64,000 bases of DNA from an uncultured Alphaproteobacteria bacterium (GCA_963782885.1 CAWALL010000037.1:4745-68744); one strand, 5' to 3'; shown: positions 44,797-54,796, counted from the stretch's first letter. Numbers and translations: made by a program. The notes: generated by a model not told the origin, from the sequence alone.

Positions 44797-45209
44797 TCAG
44801 GCGTCGATGCCGGCCATCTGGCAGATCAGGCGCCAGGCGTCCGCGTCGACGGCGCTGACCGAGAGCCGCGACTGGCGGACCAGGGCCAGGTGCTGGAGGC
44901 GGGGCTCGGCCTTGATCTGCTGGAGCTGACCTCTCGCTCGACCGGCTTGACCGGCTTGACGTCGACCAGCACGAACCTCTTCTTCGGGTCGGTCGGGTCC
45001 TCGTAGGCTTCGCGCGCGATCTCCATGACGCCGACCACCGCCGGGTCCTGCATCGAGCGGTAGAAGAAGGCGCGATCGCCCTCCTGCATCGAGCGCATGT
45101 TGCGCGCCGCCTGATGGTTGTGAACGCCATCCCAGGTCGCGATCCCGTCCTCGACCAGCTGCGGCCAGCTGTAATCGTGAGGTTCGGTCTTCATCAGCCA
45201 GTAGGCCAT
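44797..45209 (-). pseudogene. EVE-domain protein, single-nucleotide frameshift
   Basis: MAYWLMKTEPHDYSWPQLVEDGIATWDGVHNHQAARNMRSMQEGDRAFFYRS...VDVKPVKPVEREV is in one frame. The expected C-terminus LQQIKAEPRLQHLALVRQSRLSVSAVDADAWRLICQMAGIDA is in another. They switch at about 44925, where agc-tccag is seen and agc ctc cag is expected. Confidence 0.75.
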
Positions 45210-45226
45210 CGGCCCGCACCTTCCGC

Positions 45227-45514
45227 TCAGCCGACCCAGCTGCCGAGCGCCGGCCGCCACGGCCTGACCTCGACCCGCTCGAACACGCCCTCGCGCTGGA
45301 ACGGATCGCCCGCGACGAAGGCGTCAGCGGCGGACTGATCGTCGGCCTCGATGATCAGCATGCTGCCGACCGGCTGGCCGCCCGGATCGAGGAAGGCGCC
45401 ACCTGCCCGGATTTGTTCCGACTTTCCCTTGAGGTACTCGAGGTGCGCGGCCCGGCTCTTGGCCCGGAGCTCGCCGGCGCCCGGCCGGTCGAACGCGCTG
45501 ACGACGAACAGCAT
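45227..45514 (-). CDS. YciI-family protein
   Basis: ATG 45514 is preceded by a GGGAGG RBS. 95 aa: MLFVVSAFDRPGAGELRAKSRAAHLEYL...DPFQREGVFERVEVRPW. Confidence 0.8.
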   Translation of the reverse strand: MLFVVSAFDRPGAGELRAKSRAAHLEYLKGKSEQIRAGGAFLDPGGQPVGSMLIIEADDQSAADAFVAGDPFQREGVFERVEVRPWRPALGSWVG

Positions 45515-45582
45515 GGTCTTGCCTCCCGGGACGTTTTTCATCCGCGCCTGGAAGCTAAGCGAAGCCGGCGGCCAGGGAAAGC

Positions 45583-47298
45583 TCAGGCGGCGATCAGCTC
45601 GAAGCGGTCGACGTCGACCAGACCCTTATCGGTGAGCTTGAGGTGGGGGATCACCGGCAGCGGCAGGAACGCGAGCTGCAAAAACGGCTCGCGGAGCGCG
45701 CAGCCCAGGGCGCGGCTGGCGCTGCGCAGAACCCGGAGCCCGGCCTGGACTTCCTCGAACGGACGATCGCTCATCAGGCCGGCGATCGGCAGCGCGAGCT
45801 CGGCCCGGACCATCCCCTCGCTGACGGCAACCGCCCCGCCCTGCAGCTCGATCAGCCGGTTGACCGCAACCGCCATGTCCGCGTCCTGGTCGCCGACCAC
45901 GATGAGGTTGTGGCTGTCGTGGCCGATGCTCGAGGCGAGCGCGCCGCGCATGGCGCCGAAACCCTTGACGAAGCCGCGCCCGACGTTGCCGTTCTTGCCG
46001 TGACGCTCGAGCACGGCGAGCTTCAGGACGCCCGCGTCCGGGTCCGCCAGGCGGAGCCCATCCCGCCAGGGCAGGCTCATGGTCAGATGCTCGGTCAAGA
46101 GCGAATTCTCGAGGGCGCCGATCACCGGGCCCGACGGTCCGGCGGCCCGGACCTGGAAAATGTCCGGGGTGACCGGCGCCCGCCTGATCGAGCCGTAGCC
46201 GACCGGCGCCGGGTGCGCGCGCTCCGCGAAGGATGCCCCGTCGATCGGAACGCCGCCACAGATCACGCGCGCCACGGCACAGCTCTCCAGGTCGTCGAGC
46301 AGAACGATGTCGGCGCGCCGCCCGGGCGCGATCTGGCCGCGATCGAACAGGCCGAACGCGCGCGCGGCCGCGAAGCTCGCCGCGCGGTAGGCTGCGACCG
46401 GCGGCGCGCCGGATCGGATCGCCTTCCGGATCGCGAAGTCGATGTGGCCCTCTTCGGCGATCTCGAGCGGGTTGCGATCATCGGTGCAGAAGGCGAAGGC
46501 GGGCCAGGTCTGGTCGGTTAAGAGTGGTGCCAGCGCTGCCACGTCCTTGGCGATGCTGCCCTCGCGCGCCAGCACCTGCATGCCTTTCTGTAATTTCTCG
46601 CGGCCCTCCTCGTAGCTGGTGCTCTCGTGGTCGGTGCGGATCGCTGCGGCGAGATAGGCGTTGAGCGCATAGCCGCGCACGAGCGGTGCATGGCCGTCGA
46701 CGTGCCGGTCGGCGAACGCGACGAGCTTGTCGAGGACGCCCTCGTCCTTGGCCAGCACGCCCGGGAAGTTCATCATCTCGGCGAGCCCGAGCACTGCCGG
46801 ATGGTCGCGCACGGCCATCAGGTCGGCCGCGGTCAACCTCGCGCCTGAGGTCTCGAGCTCGGTCGCCGGCACGCACGAGCTGAGCTGGACCTTGAGCGTC
46901 ATGCGGAGCGTCCGCGCGGCCTCGAAGAAGTAGCGGATGCCGGCGAGCCCGAGCACGTTCGCGATCTCGTGCGGATCGCAGATTGCGGTGGTGGTGCCGC
47001 GCGGCAGCACGCTGCGCTCGAACTCCGCGGGCACAACCAGGCTGCTCTCGACGTGGACGTGGGTGTCGATGAAGCCGGGGCAGGCGATCCGGCCCTTGGC
47101 GTCGATCTCGCGGGCGCCCCGGTAGTCGTCGTGGGTGCCGACAATCCAGTCACCGCAGATCGCGACGTCGCCGTCCTCCAGAGTCCCGGTCGCGACGTTC
47201 AGGATGCGGGCCCCCTTGATCACCAGGTCGGCGGGCTCGCGTCCCTGCGCCTGATCGATCCGGCGAGCAAGCTCGGTCCTGGTCGGCACCATGCGCAC
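45583..47298 (-). CDS. ade: Adenine deaminase
   Basis: 571 aa. Amidohydrolase metal site GFIDTHVHVESS. TTAICDPHEIANV and the typical Ade C-terminal domain. Start is GTG 47298 or ATG 47292. Confidence 0.9.
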   Translation of the reverse strand: MRMVPTRTELARRIDQAQGREPADLVIKGARILNVATGTLEDGDVAICGDWIVGTHDDYRGAREIDAKGRIACPGFIDTHVHVESSLVVPAEFERSVLPRGTTTAICDPHEIANVLGLAGIRYFFEAARTLRMTLKVQLSSCVPATELETSGARLTAADLMAVRDHPAVLGLAEMMNFPGVLAKDEGVLDKLVAFADRHVDGHAPLVRGYALNAYLAAAIRTDHESTSYEEGREKLQKGMQVLAREGSIAKDVAALAPLLTDQTWPAFAFCTDDRNPLEIAEEGHIDFAIRKAIRSGAPPVAAYRAASFAAARAFGLFDRGQIAPGRRADIVLLDDLESCAVARVICGGVPIDGASFAERAHPAPVGYGSIRRAPVTPDIFQVRAAGPSGPVIGALENSLLTEHLTMSLPWRDGLRLADPDAGVLKLAVLERHGKNGNVGRGFVKGFGAMRGALASSIGHDSHNLIVVGDQDADMAVAVNRLIELQGGAVAVSEGMVRAELALPIAGLMSDRPFEEVQAGLRVLRSASRALGCALREPFLQLAFLPLPVIPHLKLTDKGLVDVDRFELIAA

Positions 47299-47405
47299 GT
47301 CTCCGATCCCGTGGTCGAGCGGCCCATCCTAACTGGTCGGGGTTGCGAAGACCAAGCCGGCAGGCAGGCTTGCGCGGCCGCAGGGCGCTTTCTATGGTGG
47401 CCGGC

Positions 47406-47494
47406 GCACGAGGGGAGCCGGAGACGGCTGAGAGGTCCGCGTGACGGACGACCCTTGGAACCTGATCCGATTAGCAGCGGCGTAGGGATCGTGC
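47406..47494 (+). promoter_or_regulatory. TPP (THI-box) riboswitch
   Basis: P1 gcacg...cgtgc. Conserved core: gaggggagcc, ggctgagag, acccttggaacctgatccgattagcagcggcgtaggga. Lies immediately upstream of the ABC transporter start at 47498. Confidence 0.85.
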
Positions 47495-47497
47495 AGC

Positions 47498-48250
47498 TTG
47501 GCCAGAGCGCCTCGAACCACCTTCGATGTCAGCGTCAAAGGGGCCTCGCTCCGTTACGCCGGGGCGAGCCTGTTCCATGGGCTCGACTTCACGCTGCCGG
47601 CCGGGCAGTGGACCTGCCTGCTCGGGCCGAGCGGGGTCGGCAAGAGCAGCCTTCTGCGCCTGATCGCAGGCCTGGTGGTCGCCGATCACGGGGAGGTCGT
47701 CTGCAGCGACCGGCTGCCGCTCGGCCCCCGGCTCGCCTGGATGGGCCAGCAGGACGATCTCCTGCCCTGGCTCACGGTGCAGGCTAACGCCACGCTCGGC
47801 GCGCGCCTGCGCGGCGAGCCCATGGATCTCACCCGCGCCGAAGCGCTGCTGGCCCGGGTCGGGCTGATGCCTCAGCGCGACCAGCGGCCGGCCACGCTCT
47901 CGGGCGGTCAGCGCCAGCGGGCGGCGCTCGCCCGCACGCTGATCGAGGACCGGCCGGTCGTGCTGATGGACGAGCCGTTCTCCGCGCTCGACGCGATCAC
48001 GCGCGCGCGGCTGCAGGTGCTGGCGGCGCAGCTGCTGGCCGGGCGCACCGTGCTGCTGGTGACCCACGACCCGCTGGAGGCGCTTCGGCTCGGTCATCGG
48101 ATCCACGTCATGGCCGGCGAGCCGGCGCGCATCGAGCCGCCGATCCTGCCGGCCGGCACGCCGCCCCGCGACCTGCACGATCCCGACCTGCTGGCCCGCC
48201 AGGGCGAGCTTCTGGCCGGTCTCGCCGATGCCCAAGAAGCCGCCGCTTGA
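47498..48250 (+). CDS. thiZ: NitT/TauT-family ABC ATP-binding protein (ThiZ-like, HMP/thiamine-precursor uptake)
   Basis: TTG start. Walker A GPSGVGKSS, signature LSGGQRQR, Walker B VLMDEPFSALD. Sits downstream of the TPP riboswitch. Confidence 0.8.
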   Translation: MARAPRTTFDVSVKGASLRYAGASLFHGLDFTLPAGQWTCLLGPSGVGKSSLLRLIAGLVVADHGEVVCSDRLPLGPRLAWMGQQDDLLPWLTVQANATLGARLRGEPMDLTRAEALLARVGLMPQRDQRPATLSGGQRQRAALARTLIEDRPVVLMDEPFSALDAITRARLQVLAAQLLAGRTVLLVTHDPLEALRLGHRIHVMAGEPARIEPPILPAGTPPRDLHDPDLLARQGELLAGLADAQEAAA

Positions 48251-49005
48251 GCAACCCGCGACCGCTCCTGGTGCTCGCCGGCCTCCTGCTGCTCTGGCAG
48301 GGGCTGGTCTGGGCCACGGGCGTGCCGCGTTATCTGCTGCCGCCGCCCTGGCTGGTCGGCAAGGCATTGCTGAGCGAGGCGCCGCTGCTCGCCCACCACG
48401 GTGCGATCACGCTCCTCGAGATCCTGCTCGGGCTCGCGGGCGGGGTCCTGATCGGAAGCGCGAGCGCGCTCGCGATGGCGCTGCTGCCGCCGCTCCAGCC
48501 CTGGCTCCTGCCGCTCCTGGTGCTCGGCCAGACGATCCCGGTGTTCGCGCTCGCCCCCCTGCTCGTCCTCTGGTTCGGCTATGGCCTCGCGAGCAAGGTC
48601 GCGATGGCGATCCTGATTATCTACTTCCCGGTCGCGGCCGCGCTGTTCGATGGCCTGCGCCGGACCGAGCCCGGCTGGCTCGACCTCGCCCGGACCATGG
48701 GCGCGACCCGCTGGCGTACACTTTTGCGGGTGCGCTTGCCGGCGGCGCTGCCGGCGTTCGGCTCGGGCCTCCGGGTCGCGACCGCGGTCGCGCCGATCGG
48801 GGCCGTGGTCGGCGAATGGGTCGGCTCTTCAGCCGGGCTCGGTTATCTGATGCTGCACGCCAACGCGCGCCTGCAGATCGAGGTCATGTTCGCGGCCCTG
48901 ATCGTGCTGATGGCGATGGCGCTCGTTCTCTATGTCCTGGTCGACCGGCTGCTGGTCCGCCTGATGCCCTGGGCGCCGGAGACGCTGGCCCGCACCGCCA
49001 CCTAG
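48247..49005 (+). CDS. thiX: ABC transporter permease (ThiX-like)
   Basis: 252 aa with 6 TM segments. Loop ...LARTMGATRWRTLLRVRLPAALP. Its start overlaps the ATPase stop. Confidence 0.8.
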   Translation: MSNPRPLLVLAGLLLLWQGLVWATGVPRYLLPPPWLVGKALLSEAPLLAHHGAITLLEILLGLAGGVLIGSASALAMALLPPLQPWLLPLLVLGQTIPVFALAPLLVLWFGYGLASKVAMAILIIYFPVAAALFDGLRRTEPGWLDLARTMGATRWRTLLRVRLPAALPAFGSGLRVATAVAPIGAVVGEWVGSSAGLGYLMLHANARLQIEVMFAALIVLMAMALVLYVLVDRLLVRLMPWAPETLARTAT

Positions 49006-49015
49006 GAGGACGCGC

Positions 49016-49954
49016 ATGCGTCTCGTGATCTCAGCCCTCTTGCTCGGGCTCTGCCTGCCGGGGCCGGCGCGGGCCGCCGATCATCTCACGCTGCTGCTCG
49101 ACTGGTTCGTCAACCCGGACCACGGCCCAATCCTGGTCGCCCAGCAGAAGGGCTACTTCGCGGCCGAGAACCTCGACGTCGACATCGTGGCGCCGTCCGA
49201 CCCTAACGATCCGCCCAAGCTGGTCGCCGCCGGCCAGGCCGACATCGGGGTCAGCTACCAGCCGCAGCTGCACATCCAGGTCGACCAGGGCCTGCCGCTG
49301 GTCCGGATCGGGACCCTGGTCGCGACCCCGCTCAATTCGCTCTTGGTGCTGAAGGACGGCCCGATCCACGCGATCGAGGACCTGAAGGGCCGCAAGGTGG
49401 GGTTCTCGGTCGGCGGCTTCGAGGACACGCTGCTGCAGGCGATGCTGGCCAGGCACGGGCTGGGGCTCGACGACGTCGAGCTGGTCAACGTCAACTTCGC
49501 GCTCGCGCCAGCCCTGCTCTCGGGCCAGGTTGACGGCGTGATCGGCGCTTACCGCAATTTCGAGATGAACCAGCTGGCGCTCGAGGGCAAGCCGGGGCGC
49601 GCCTTTTTTCCCGAAGAAGAAGGCGTGCCGGCCTATGACGAGCTGATCTTCATCGCCAATCGCGCGAAGCTCGACGACCCGCGGCTCGGCCGCTTCCTGG
49701 ATGCGGTCGAGCACGGTGTGCAATACCTGGTCAACCACCCGGACGAGAGCTTCAAGCTGTTCATCAAGGGCCGCCCGGAGCTCGACGACGAGCTCAACCG
49801 GCGCGCCTGGACAGACACCGTGGCCCGCTTCGCGCTCCGTCCTGCAGCGCTCGACCACGCGCGCTACGCCCGCTTCGCGGCCTTTCTTGCGCACGAGGGT
49901 CTGATCAAGCCGCCGCCGCCGGTTGATAGCTACGCGGTCGAGCTTGCCCGGTAA
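49016..49954 (+). CDS. thiY: NMT1/THI5-like ABC substrate-binding protein (ThiY-like)
   Basis: Signal peptide. LLLDWFVNPDHGPILVAQQKGYF...GVSYQP pattern typical of NMT1/THI5-like binding proteins. Confidence 0.8.
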   Translation: MRLVISALLLGLCLPGPARAADHLTLLLDWFVNPDHGPILVAQQKGYFAAENLDVDIVAPSDPNDPPKLVAAGQADIGVSYQPQLHIQVDQGLPLVRIGTLVATPLNSLLVLKDGPIHAIEDLKGRKVGFSVGGFEDTLLQAMLARHGLGLDDVELVNVNFALAPALLSGQVDGVIGAYRNFEMNQLALEGKPGRAFFPEEEGVPAYDELIFIANRAKLDDPRLGRFLDAVEHGVQYLVNHPDESFKLFIKGRPELDDELNRRAWTDTVARFALRPAALDHARYARFAAFLAHEGLIKPPPPVDSYAVELAR

Positions 49955-50260
49955 CAGCGGGGCGTCGCCGCCGCGATGGTGGCGGCCGCTGGCGGCTCTA
50001 CTCAGGCTCAACTTGAGCCGGGCTCAGTCCGGCCGCGACGCTGATCCGGGCGGTGAACCGGACCGCCAGGATCGTCCCGCAATTCATGCCTCCAATCCTT
50101 GCTTCTCAAATTTTCAGTTCTGCACCTTGAGCCGCGGCCGCAACGATCCACCGCAGGGGCAATCCGGGAGAGATGGCTGCGTGAGAGGGGGTGCCGCGCC
50201 GGGGCGAGCGAGCGCTGGGTGAGCACTCCGGCCTTCGAGACGGGTTCGCCGGCGCCGACC

Positions 50261-51031
50261 TCAAAAGCGGTCCTTGCGCTGGCGGATCTCGGCGAACACC
50301 TCGGCATCGCTGGCGTCGGACAGGCCGAGCCGGCGGCGTATCGCCGCATCATCCGGCCGGAGGAAGGGGTTGGCCGCACGCTCGGCGCCGAGCCTGGTCG
50401 GTACGGTCGGCTGGCCGGCCGCGCGCTGGCGATCGGCTTCCGCGGTGCGCGCCTTCAGCGCCGGATTGTCCGGATCAACCGTGAGCGCGAAGCGCGCGTT
50501 CGCCTGGGTGTATTCGTGGGCGCAGTAGACCAGGGCGTCATCGGGCAGGCGCGCGAACTTCGAGAGGGACTCCCACATCTGCTCGAACCTGCCTTCGATG
50601 ACCCGCCCACAGCCGAGCGAGAACAAGGTGTCGGCGCAGAACAACGCCTTGGCATTCGCGAACCAGTAGCTGATGTGGCCAGACGTGTGGCCCGGGGTTT
50701 CGAGGATCTCGGCCTCGGCCTCGCCGAGCCGGAAACGGTCCCCCTCGACCAGACCGAGGTCGATCCCGGGAATCCGGCCGGCATCCTTCTTCGGGCCGGC
50801 GATCTTGCAGCCGGTCGCCGCCTTGATTTCCAGATTGCCGCCGGTGTGGTCGCCATGATGATGGGTGATCAGGATCCAGTCCAGCGTCCAGCCCCGGCGT
50901 TGCAGCCGCTCGAGCACGGGCGCTGCCACCCCCGGGTCGACGACGCCGGTGACGCCCGCCTGCGGCTCATGGATCAGATAGACATAGTTGTCGCTGAGGA
51001 TCGGAATCTGCTCAATTCTGAGTTGCGTCAT
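50261..51031 (-). CDS. gloB: Hydroxyacylglutathione hydrolase (glyoxalase II)
   Basis: 256 aa. Metallo-beta-lactamase motif ITHHHGDHTGG. C-terminal FLR...substrate-binding region. Confidence 0.9.
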   Translation of the reverse strand: MTQLRIEQIPILSDNYVYLIHEPQAGVTGVVDPGVAAPVLERLQRRGWTLDWILITHHHGDHTGGNLEIKAATGCKIAGPKKDAGRIPGIDLGLVEGDRFRLGEAEAEILETPGHTSGHISYWFANAKALFCADTLFSLGCGRVIEGRFEQMWESLSKFARLPDDALVYCAHEYTQANARFALTVDPDNPALKARTAEADRQRAAGQPTVPTRLGAERAANPFLRPDDAAIRRRLGLSDASDAEVFAEIRQRKDRF

Positions 51032-51174
51032 CGTCGCGTTCCTCCCACCATTCGCGCCCAGGTCGGTTCACAAACGCCGACTAAGTCCCTATCTTTGTAG
51101 GACACCCCGGGCTGTGTTGGTGGCTTTGCGCCACGCCGGGCCCAAGCGGATCGCCCCATCGGATCGCCGAGAGC

Positions 51175-51963
51175 ATGCGCCCGGAGATCATCGACCTGCA
51201 AGCGTTTTACGGCTCCCGCCAGGGCCAGCTCGTGCGCCGTCTGGTCGGACGCCAGATCCGCGCGATCTGGCCCGACCTGACCGGCATGCGCCTGCTTGGG
51301 ATCGGGTATGCGGTGCCGTTTCTCGCCCCTCTCAGCGAGGCGGCGGAGCGGGTGTGCGTCGTGATGCCGCCGGCGCAGGGCGTGGTGCGCTGGCCGCCGG
51401 ACCGGCCCAATCAGGTGGTGCTCGCCGCCGATCACGAGCTGCCGCTCGCGGACCGCAGCGTCGATCGCGTGCTCCTGGTTCATTGCCTCGAGGCCGCAGA
51501 GCAGTCGCAGCGGTTGCTGCGCGAGATCTGGCGCGTGCTCGCCGACGGCGGCCAGGCGCTGATTGTGGTGCCCAACCGGCGCGGCCTCTGGTGCCTGAGC
51601 GACAGTACGCCCTTCGGCTATGGCCGGCCCTACAGCACGGCCCAGCTCAAGCAGGCGCTGTGCGGCACCCTGTTCACGCCCAGGCGCGTCCGGCGTGCCC
51701 TGTTCGTGCCGCCGAACCGCTCGCGCCTGGTCCTGCGCACCGCGATGGTCTGGGAGCGGATGGGGCTGCGCTGGGCCAAGACCTTTGCCGGCGTGCTGCT
51801 GATGGCCGCCGAGAAGCAGATCTACGCGGTGCCGGCGGAGCCGGTCCTCAAGCGCGCCCGCGTGCCCGCCTATGTCCCGGTGCCGCGGCCTCTCGCGGCG
51901 GCCGAACGGATCTCAGGAACGGCGCGCGCGACGGCCGAGCGCCCGCAGGCTCCGGTCGGCTGA
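51175..51963 (+). CDS. Class I SAM-dependent methyltransferase
   Basis: 262 aa. Motif I-like LLGIGYAVPFL and later DRVLLVHCLE...ALIVVPNRRG. Divergent from gloB, as in many alphaproteobacteria. Confidence 0.7.
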   Translation: MRPEIIDLQAFYGSRQGQLVRRLVGRQIRAIWPDLTGMRLLGIGYAVPFLAPLSEAAERVCVVMPPAQGVVRWPPDRPNQVVLAADHELPLADRSVDRVLLVHCLEAAEQSQRLLREIWRVLADGGQALIVVPNRRGLWCLSDSTPFGYGRPYSTAQLKQALCGTLFTPRRVRRALFVPPNRSRLVLRTAMVWERMGLRWAKTFAGVLLMAAEKQIYAVPAEPVLKRARVPAYVPVPRPLAAAERISGTARATAERPQAPVG

Positions 51964-52618
51964 GCACGAACAGCGCCTGCTCGCTGAACAGGTTGTCGAG
52001 CCAGCGGCTGCTCGCCAGCCGGCTGGGGCGGCCGTCGGCGGCCAAGCAGCTGCGCTGCTCGATCCTAAAACCCAGCTCGGCGCACAGGCGCTCGAAATCG
52101 GCGAGCGTGCAGGGATGGATGTTGGCGGTACTGTACCAGGGGTCCGGCAGGCAGGGGGCCATCGGCATCCGGCCGTGCCGCAGCAGATACCAACGCGCGC
52201 GCCAGTGGGCGTAGTTGGTGAACGACACGATCCCGTGGCGGCCGATGCGCAGCATGTTCTCCAACACCTGGCGAGGATGGCGCATCGCCTGGATCGTCTG
52301 CGACAGGATCACGTAGTCGAACGAGCCGTCAGGGTAGATCGCGAGATCGGTATCGCCGTCGCCCTGAACCACGGCCAGCCCCTGGCTAACGCATTCGTGC
52401 ACACCGGTCTGGCTGAGCTCGATGCCGCGCGCGTCGACCTGCTTGGCGCGCGCGAGATAGGCGAGCAGCGCGCCGTCGGCGCAGCCGACGTCGAGCACCC
52501 GCGTATGCGGCTCGATCAGCTCGGCGATCAGGCGCAGGTCCTGCCGCAGCCCGTTGCGAGCGGACCCGTTGCCGACCGCTGCCCCGGGTGCGACCCGCGC
52601 CTCGTTTAGGGCGACCAT
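51848..52618 (-). CDS. metW: Methionine biosynthesis protein MetW
   Basis: ATG 52618 lies 1 nt after the metX stop. RVLDVGCADGALLAYL...VVQGDGDTDL...FDYVILSQTIQAM...GIVSFTNYAHW pattern. About 40 extra C-terminal residues overlap the convergent methyltransferase gene. Confidence 0.85.
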   Translation of the reverse strand: MVALNEARVAPGAAVGNGSARNGLRQDLRLIAELIEPHTRVLDVGCADGALLAYLARAKQVDARGIELSQTGVHECVSQGLAVVQGDGDTDLAIYPDGSFDYVILSQTIQAMRHPRQVLENMLRIGRHGIVSFTNYAHWRARWYLLRHGRMPMAPCLPDPWYSTANIHPCTLADFERLCAELGFRIEQRSCLAADGRPSRLASSRWLDNLFSEQALFVLSRPEPAGARPSRAPFLRSVRPPREAAAPGHRRARGRA

Positions 52619-52619
52619 G

Positions 52620-53831
52620 TCAGCGCAGGCCGCATTGCGCCGCGGCGCCATCGAGGAACCCGGAGAGCACCCGGTGGAACTCGGGCTCGTCGAGCAGGAA
52701 GGCATCGTGGCCGCGGTCGGTCTCGATTTCGCAGAATGACACGTTGGCCGCGACCGCGGTCAGCGCGCGCACCAGCTCCCGGCTCTCCGGCGTCGGGAAC
52801 AGCCAGTCGGAGCTGAACGAGATCACGCAGAAGCGGGTCGCGCACCCCCGGAAGGCGTTGGCCAGGACGCCGTCGTAGGACGCCGCGAGGTCGAAGTAGT
52901 CCATCGCCCGCGTGATGTAGAGATAGGAGTTGGCATCGAAGCGGTCGACGAACGTGATGCCCTGGTGCCGGAGATAGCTCTCGACCTGGAAGTCGGCCTC
53001 GAAGCCGTAGCTGATCCCGGTCCGGTCCTGGAGCTGGCGGCCGAACTTGCGGTGCAGCGCCGCCTCGCTGAGATAGGTGATGTGAGCGGCCATGCGCGCC
53101 ACCGACAGGCCGCGGGTCGGGCGCCTTCCGGTGCGCAGATAGTTGCCGCCGTCCCAGTCGGGATCGGCCATGATCGCTTGGCGCCCGACCTCGTGGAAGG
53201 CGATATTCTGCGCCGAATGGCGCGCCGCGGACGCGATCGGCACCGCACTGAACACCCGCTTGGGGTAGCGCGCGGCCCAATCGAGCACCTGCATGCCGCC
53301 CATCGAGCCGCCGAGCACGCAGAATAGGCGCTCGATGCCGAGCTGGTCGATCAGCCGCGCCTGGACCCGGACCATGTCGCCGATCGTGATCACGGGAAAG
53401 CTCAGGCCATAAGGCCGGCCGGTCGCCGGATCGACCTCGACCGGGCCGCTCGTGCCCATACAGCCGCCGAGCACGTTGGCGCAGATCACGAAGTAGCGCT
53501 CGGTGTCGAGCGGCCGGCCGGGCCCGATCAGCAGCTGCCACCAGCCGTCCTTGCCGGTGACCGGGTGCGGCTCGGCCGCGAACTGATCGCCGGTCAGCGC
53601 ATGGCAGACCAGAATCGCGTTGGTCCGGGTGGCATTCAGGCGGCCGTAGGTCTGATAGGCGACCGTGATCGGGCCGAGCGTCACCCCCGATTCGAGCCGC
53701 AACGGCTCGCTCGTCGCCAGCTGCACGCGAAACCCGGGCAGGCGGCCCGTGTTCAATTCGAGGACCGAAAGCGGCTGCACCATCGGCGGCAGTTCATCGG
53801 CTGGGGTCGGAGCAGATCCAGAGCGATCCAT
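52620..53831 (-). CDS. metX: Homoserine O-acetyltransferase MetX
   Basis: Alpha/beta hydrolase with nucleophile elbow GGSMGGM. Also [12 protein letters not shown] and DWLFP. Followed by metW. Confidence 0.92.
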   Translation of the reverse strand: MDRSGSAPTPADELPPMVQPLSVLELNTGRLPGFRVQLATSEPLRLESGVTLGPITVAYQTYGRLNATRTNAILVCHALTGDQFAAEPHPVTGKDGWWQLLIGPGRPLDTERYFVICANVLGGCMGTSGPVEVDPATGRPYGLSFPVITIGDMVRVQARLIDQLGIERLFCVLGGSMGGMQVLDWAARYPKRVFSAVPIASAARHSAQNIAFHEVGRQAIMADPDWDGGNYLRTGRRPTRGLSVARMAAHITYLSEAALHRKFGRQLQDRTGISYGFEADFQVESYLRHQGITFVDRFDANSYLYITRAMDYFDLAASYDGVLANAFRGCATRFCVISFSSDWLFPTPESRELVRALTAVAANVSFCEIETDRGHDAFLLDEPEFHRVLSGFLDGAAAQCGLR

Positions 53832-53908
53832 GAGAGCATAGTTGGCGGGCGCAGGGCGGCAAAGTCAATGCGGCTTTACTTCCCAGCCGGCGGCGGACTA
53901 GTCTCCGC

Positions 53909-54796
53909 TTGGAAATGGGCGCAAGTCTCTGGGGTCCGATGGCAGCACTGGCTCCTCCACTGGACGACCTTCGGGCCGAAGTCGACCGGATCGACCAGGC
54001 GGTCCTGGAACTATTGATCGAGCGGACCGACGTGGTGCGCGAGATCGGCAAGATCAAGGCGGACCGTCTGAACGGGCGGCTCGCGGCCCGGCCGGCGCGC
54101 GAGGCGGTGATCCTGCGCCGCCTGGTGACGCTGGCCGGCGATCGCTTTCCGCGCGCGGTGCTGGTGCGGATGTGGCGCGAACTGCTGGCGGCGACCACCC
54201 GCCTGCAGACGCCGATGTCGGTTTCGGTCTTCGGCGCGCAGCAGGGCGTCGCCATCTGGGATCTGGCGCGCGACCACTTCGGCTCGGTGACGCCGATGGT
54301 CCGGGTCGAGAGCGCGACCCAGGCGCTGCGCTCGGTCAGCGACGGCAGCGCCACGATCGCGGTCCTGCCGCTGCCGAGCGACGACGACCCCTGGTGGCGG
54401 GCGCTGGTCTCCGACCATCACGACCGCCTGCGGGCGTTCGCGCGCCTACCGTTCGTCGCGCGGGGCACCGGCGAGGGTGAGGAGGTGCACGCTCTGGCGC
54501 TCGCCCGGCTCGAGCCGGAGCCGAGCGGCGACGACCTTGCGCTGCTCGCGATCGAGGCCGAATCCGGCGTCTCGCGCGGCCGGCTCAGGGATCTGCTGCT
54601 GGCGGCCGGCCTGAACCCGGCCTGGCTCGCGGCCTGGCGCTGCGCCGAGCCGCCCCAGACGGTGCATCTGGTCGAGGTCGACAGCTTCATCGAGGAGGGC
54701 GACGAGCGGATCGCCCGGGTCCTGAGCGCGGCGCGCGCCGAGGTCTTGCGGATCGTATCGGTCGGCGGCTACCCTCGGCCGCTGCCACCAGCTTGA
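53909..54796 (+). CDS. Chorismate mutase family protein with C-terminal uncharacterised domain
   Basis: CM type 2 helix LDDLRAEVDRIDQAVLELLIERTDVVREIGKIK. The real start is probably ATG 53939 (MAALAPP...). Precedes hisC-tyrC. Confidence 0.75.
   Translation: MEMGASLWGPMAALAPPLDDLRAEVDRIDQAVLELLIERTDVVREIGKIKADRLNGRLAARPAREAVILRRLVTLAGDRFPRAVLVRMWRELLAATTRLQTPMSVSVFGAQQGVAIWDLARDHFGSVTPMVRVESATQALRSVSDGSATIAVLPLPSDDDPWWRALVSDHHDRLRAFARLPFVARGTGEGEEVHALALARLEPEPSGDDLALLAIEAESGVSRGRLRDLLLAAGLNPAWLAAWRCAEPPQTVHLVEVDSFIEEGDERIARVLSAARAEVLRIVSVGGYPRPLPPA

Noticed and set aside
49955-50260. The 300-bp convergent spacer between thiY and gloB as a possible sRNA or riboswitch locus
   Set aside because: It contains a locally AT-richer stretch (ctccaatccttgcttctcaaattttcagttctgc). 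I found no recognisable RNA-family core, terminator or conserved hairpin.
53832-53908. SAM-II type riboswitch upstream of metX
   Set aside because: Alphaproteobacterial metX/metA genes often carry SAM-II. However, the 77-nt leader here (...gtaaagccgcattgactttgccgcc...) does not show a pseudoknot or AAAGCU pattern that I can recognise by eye. A cmsearch with RF00521 is needed, so it is not called.
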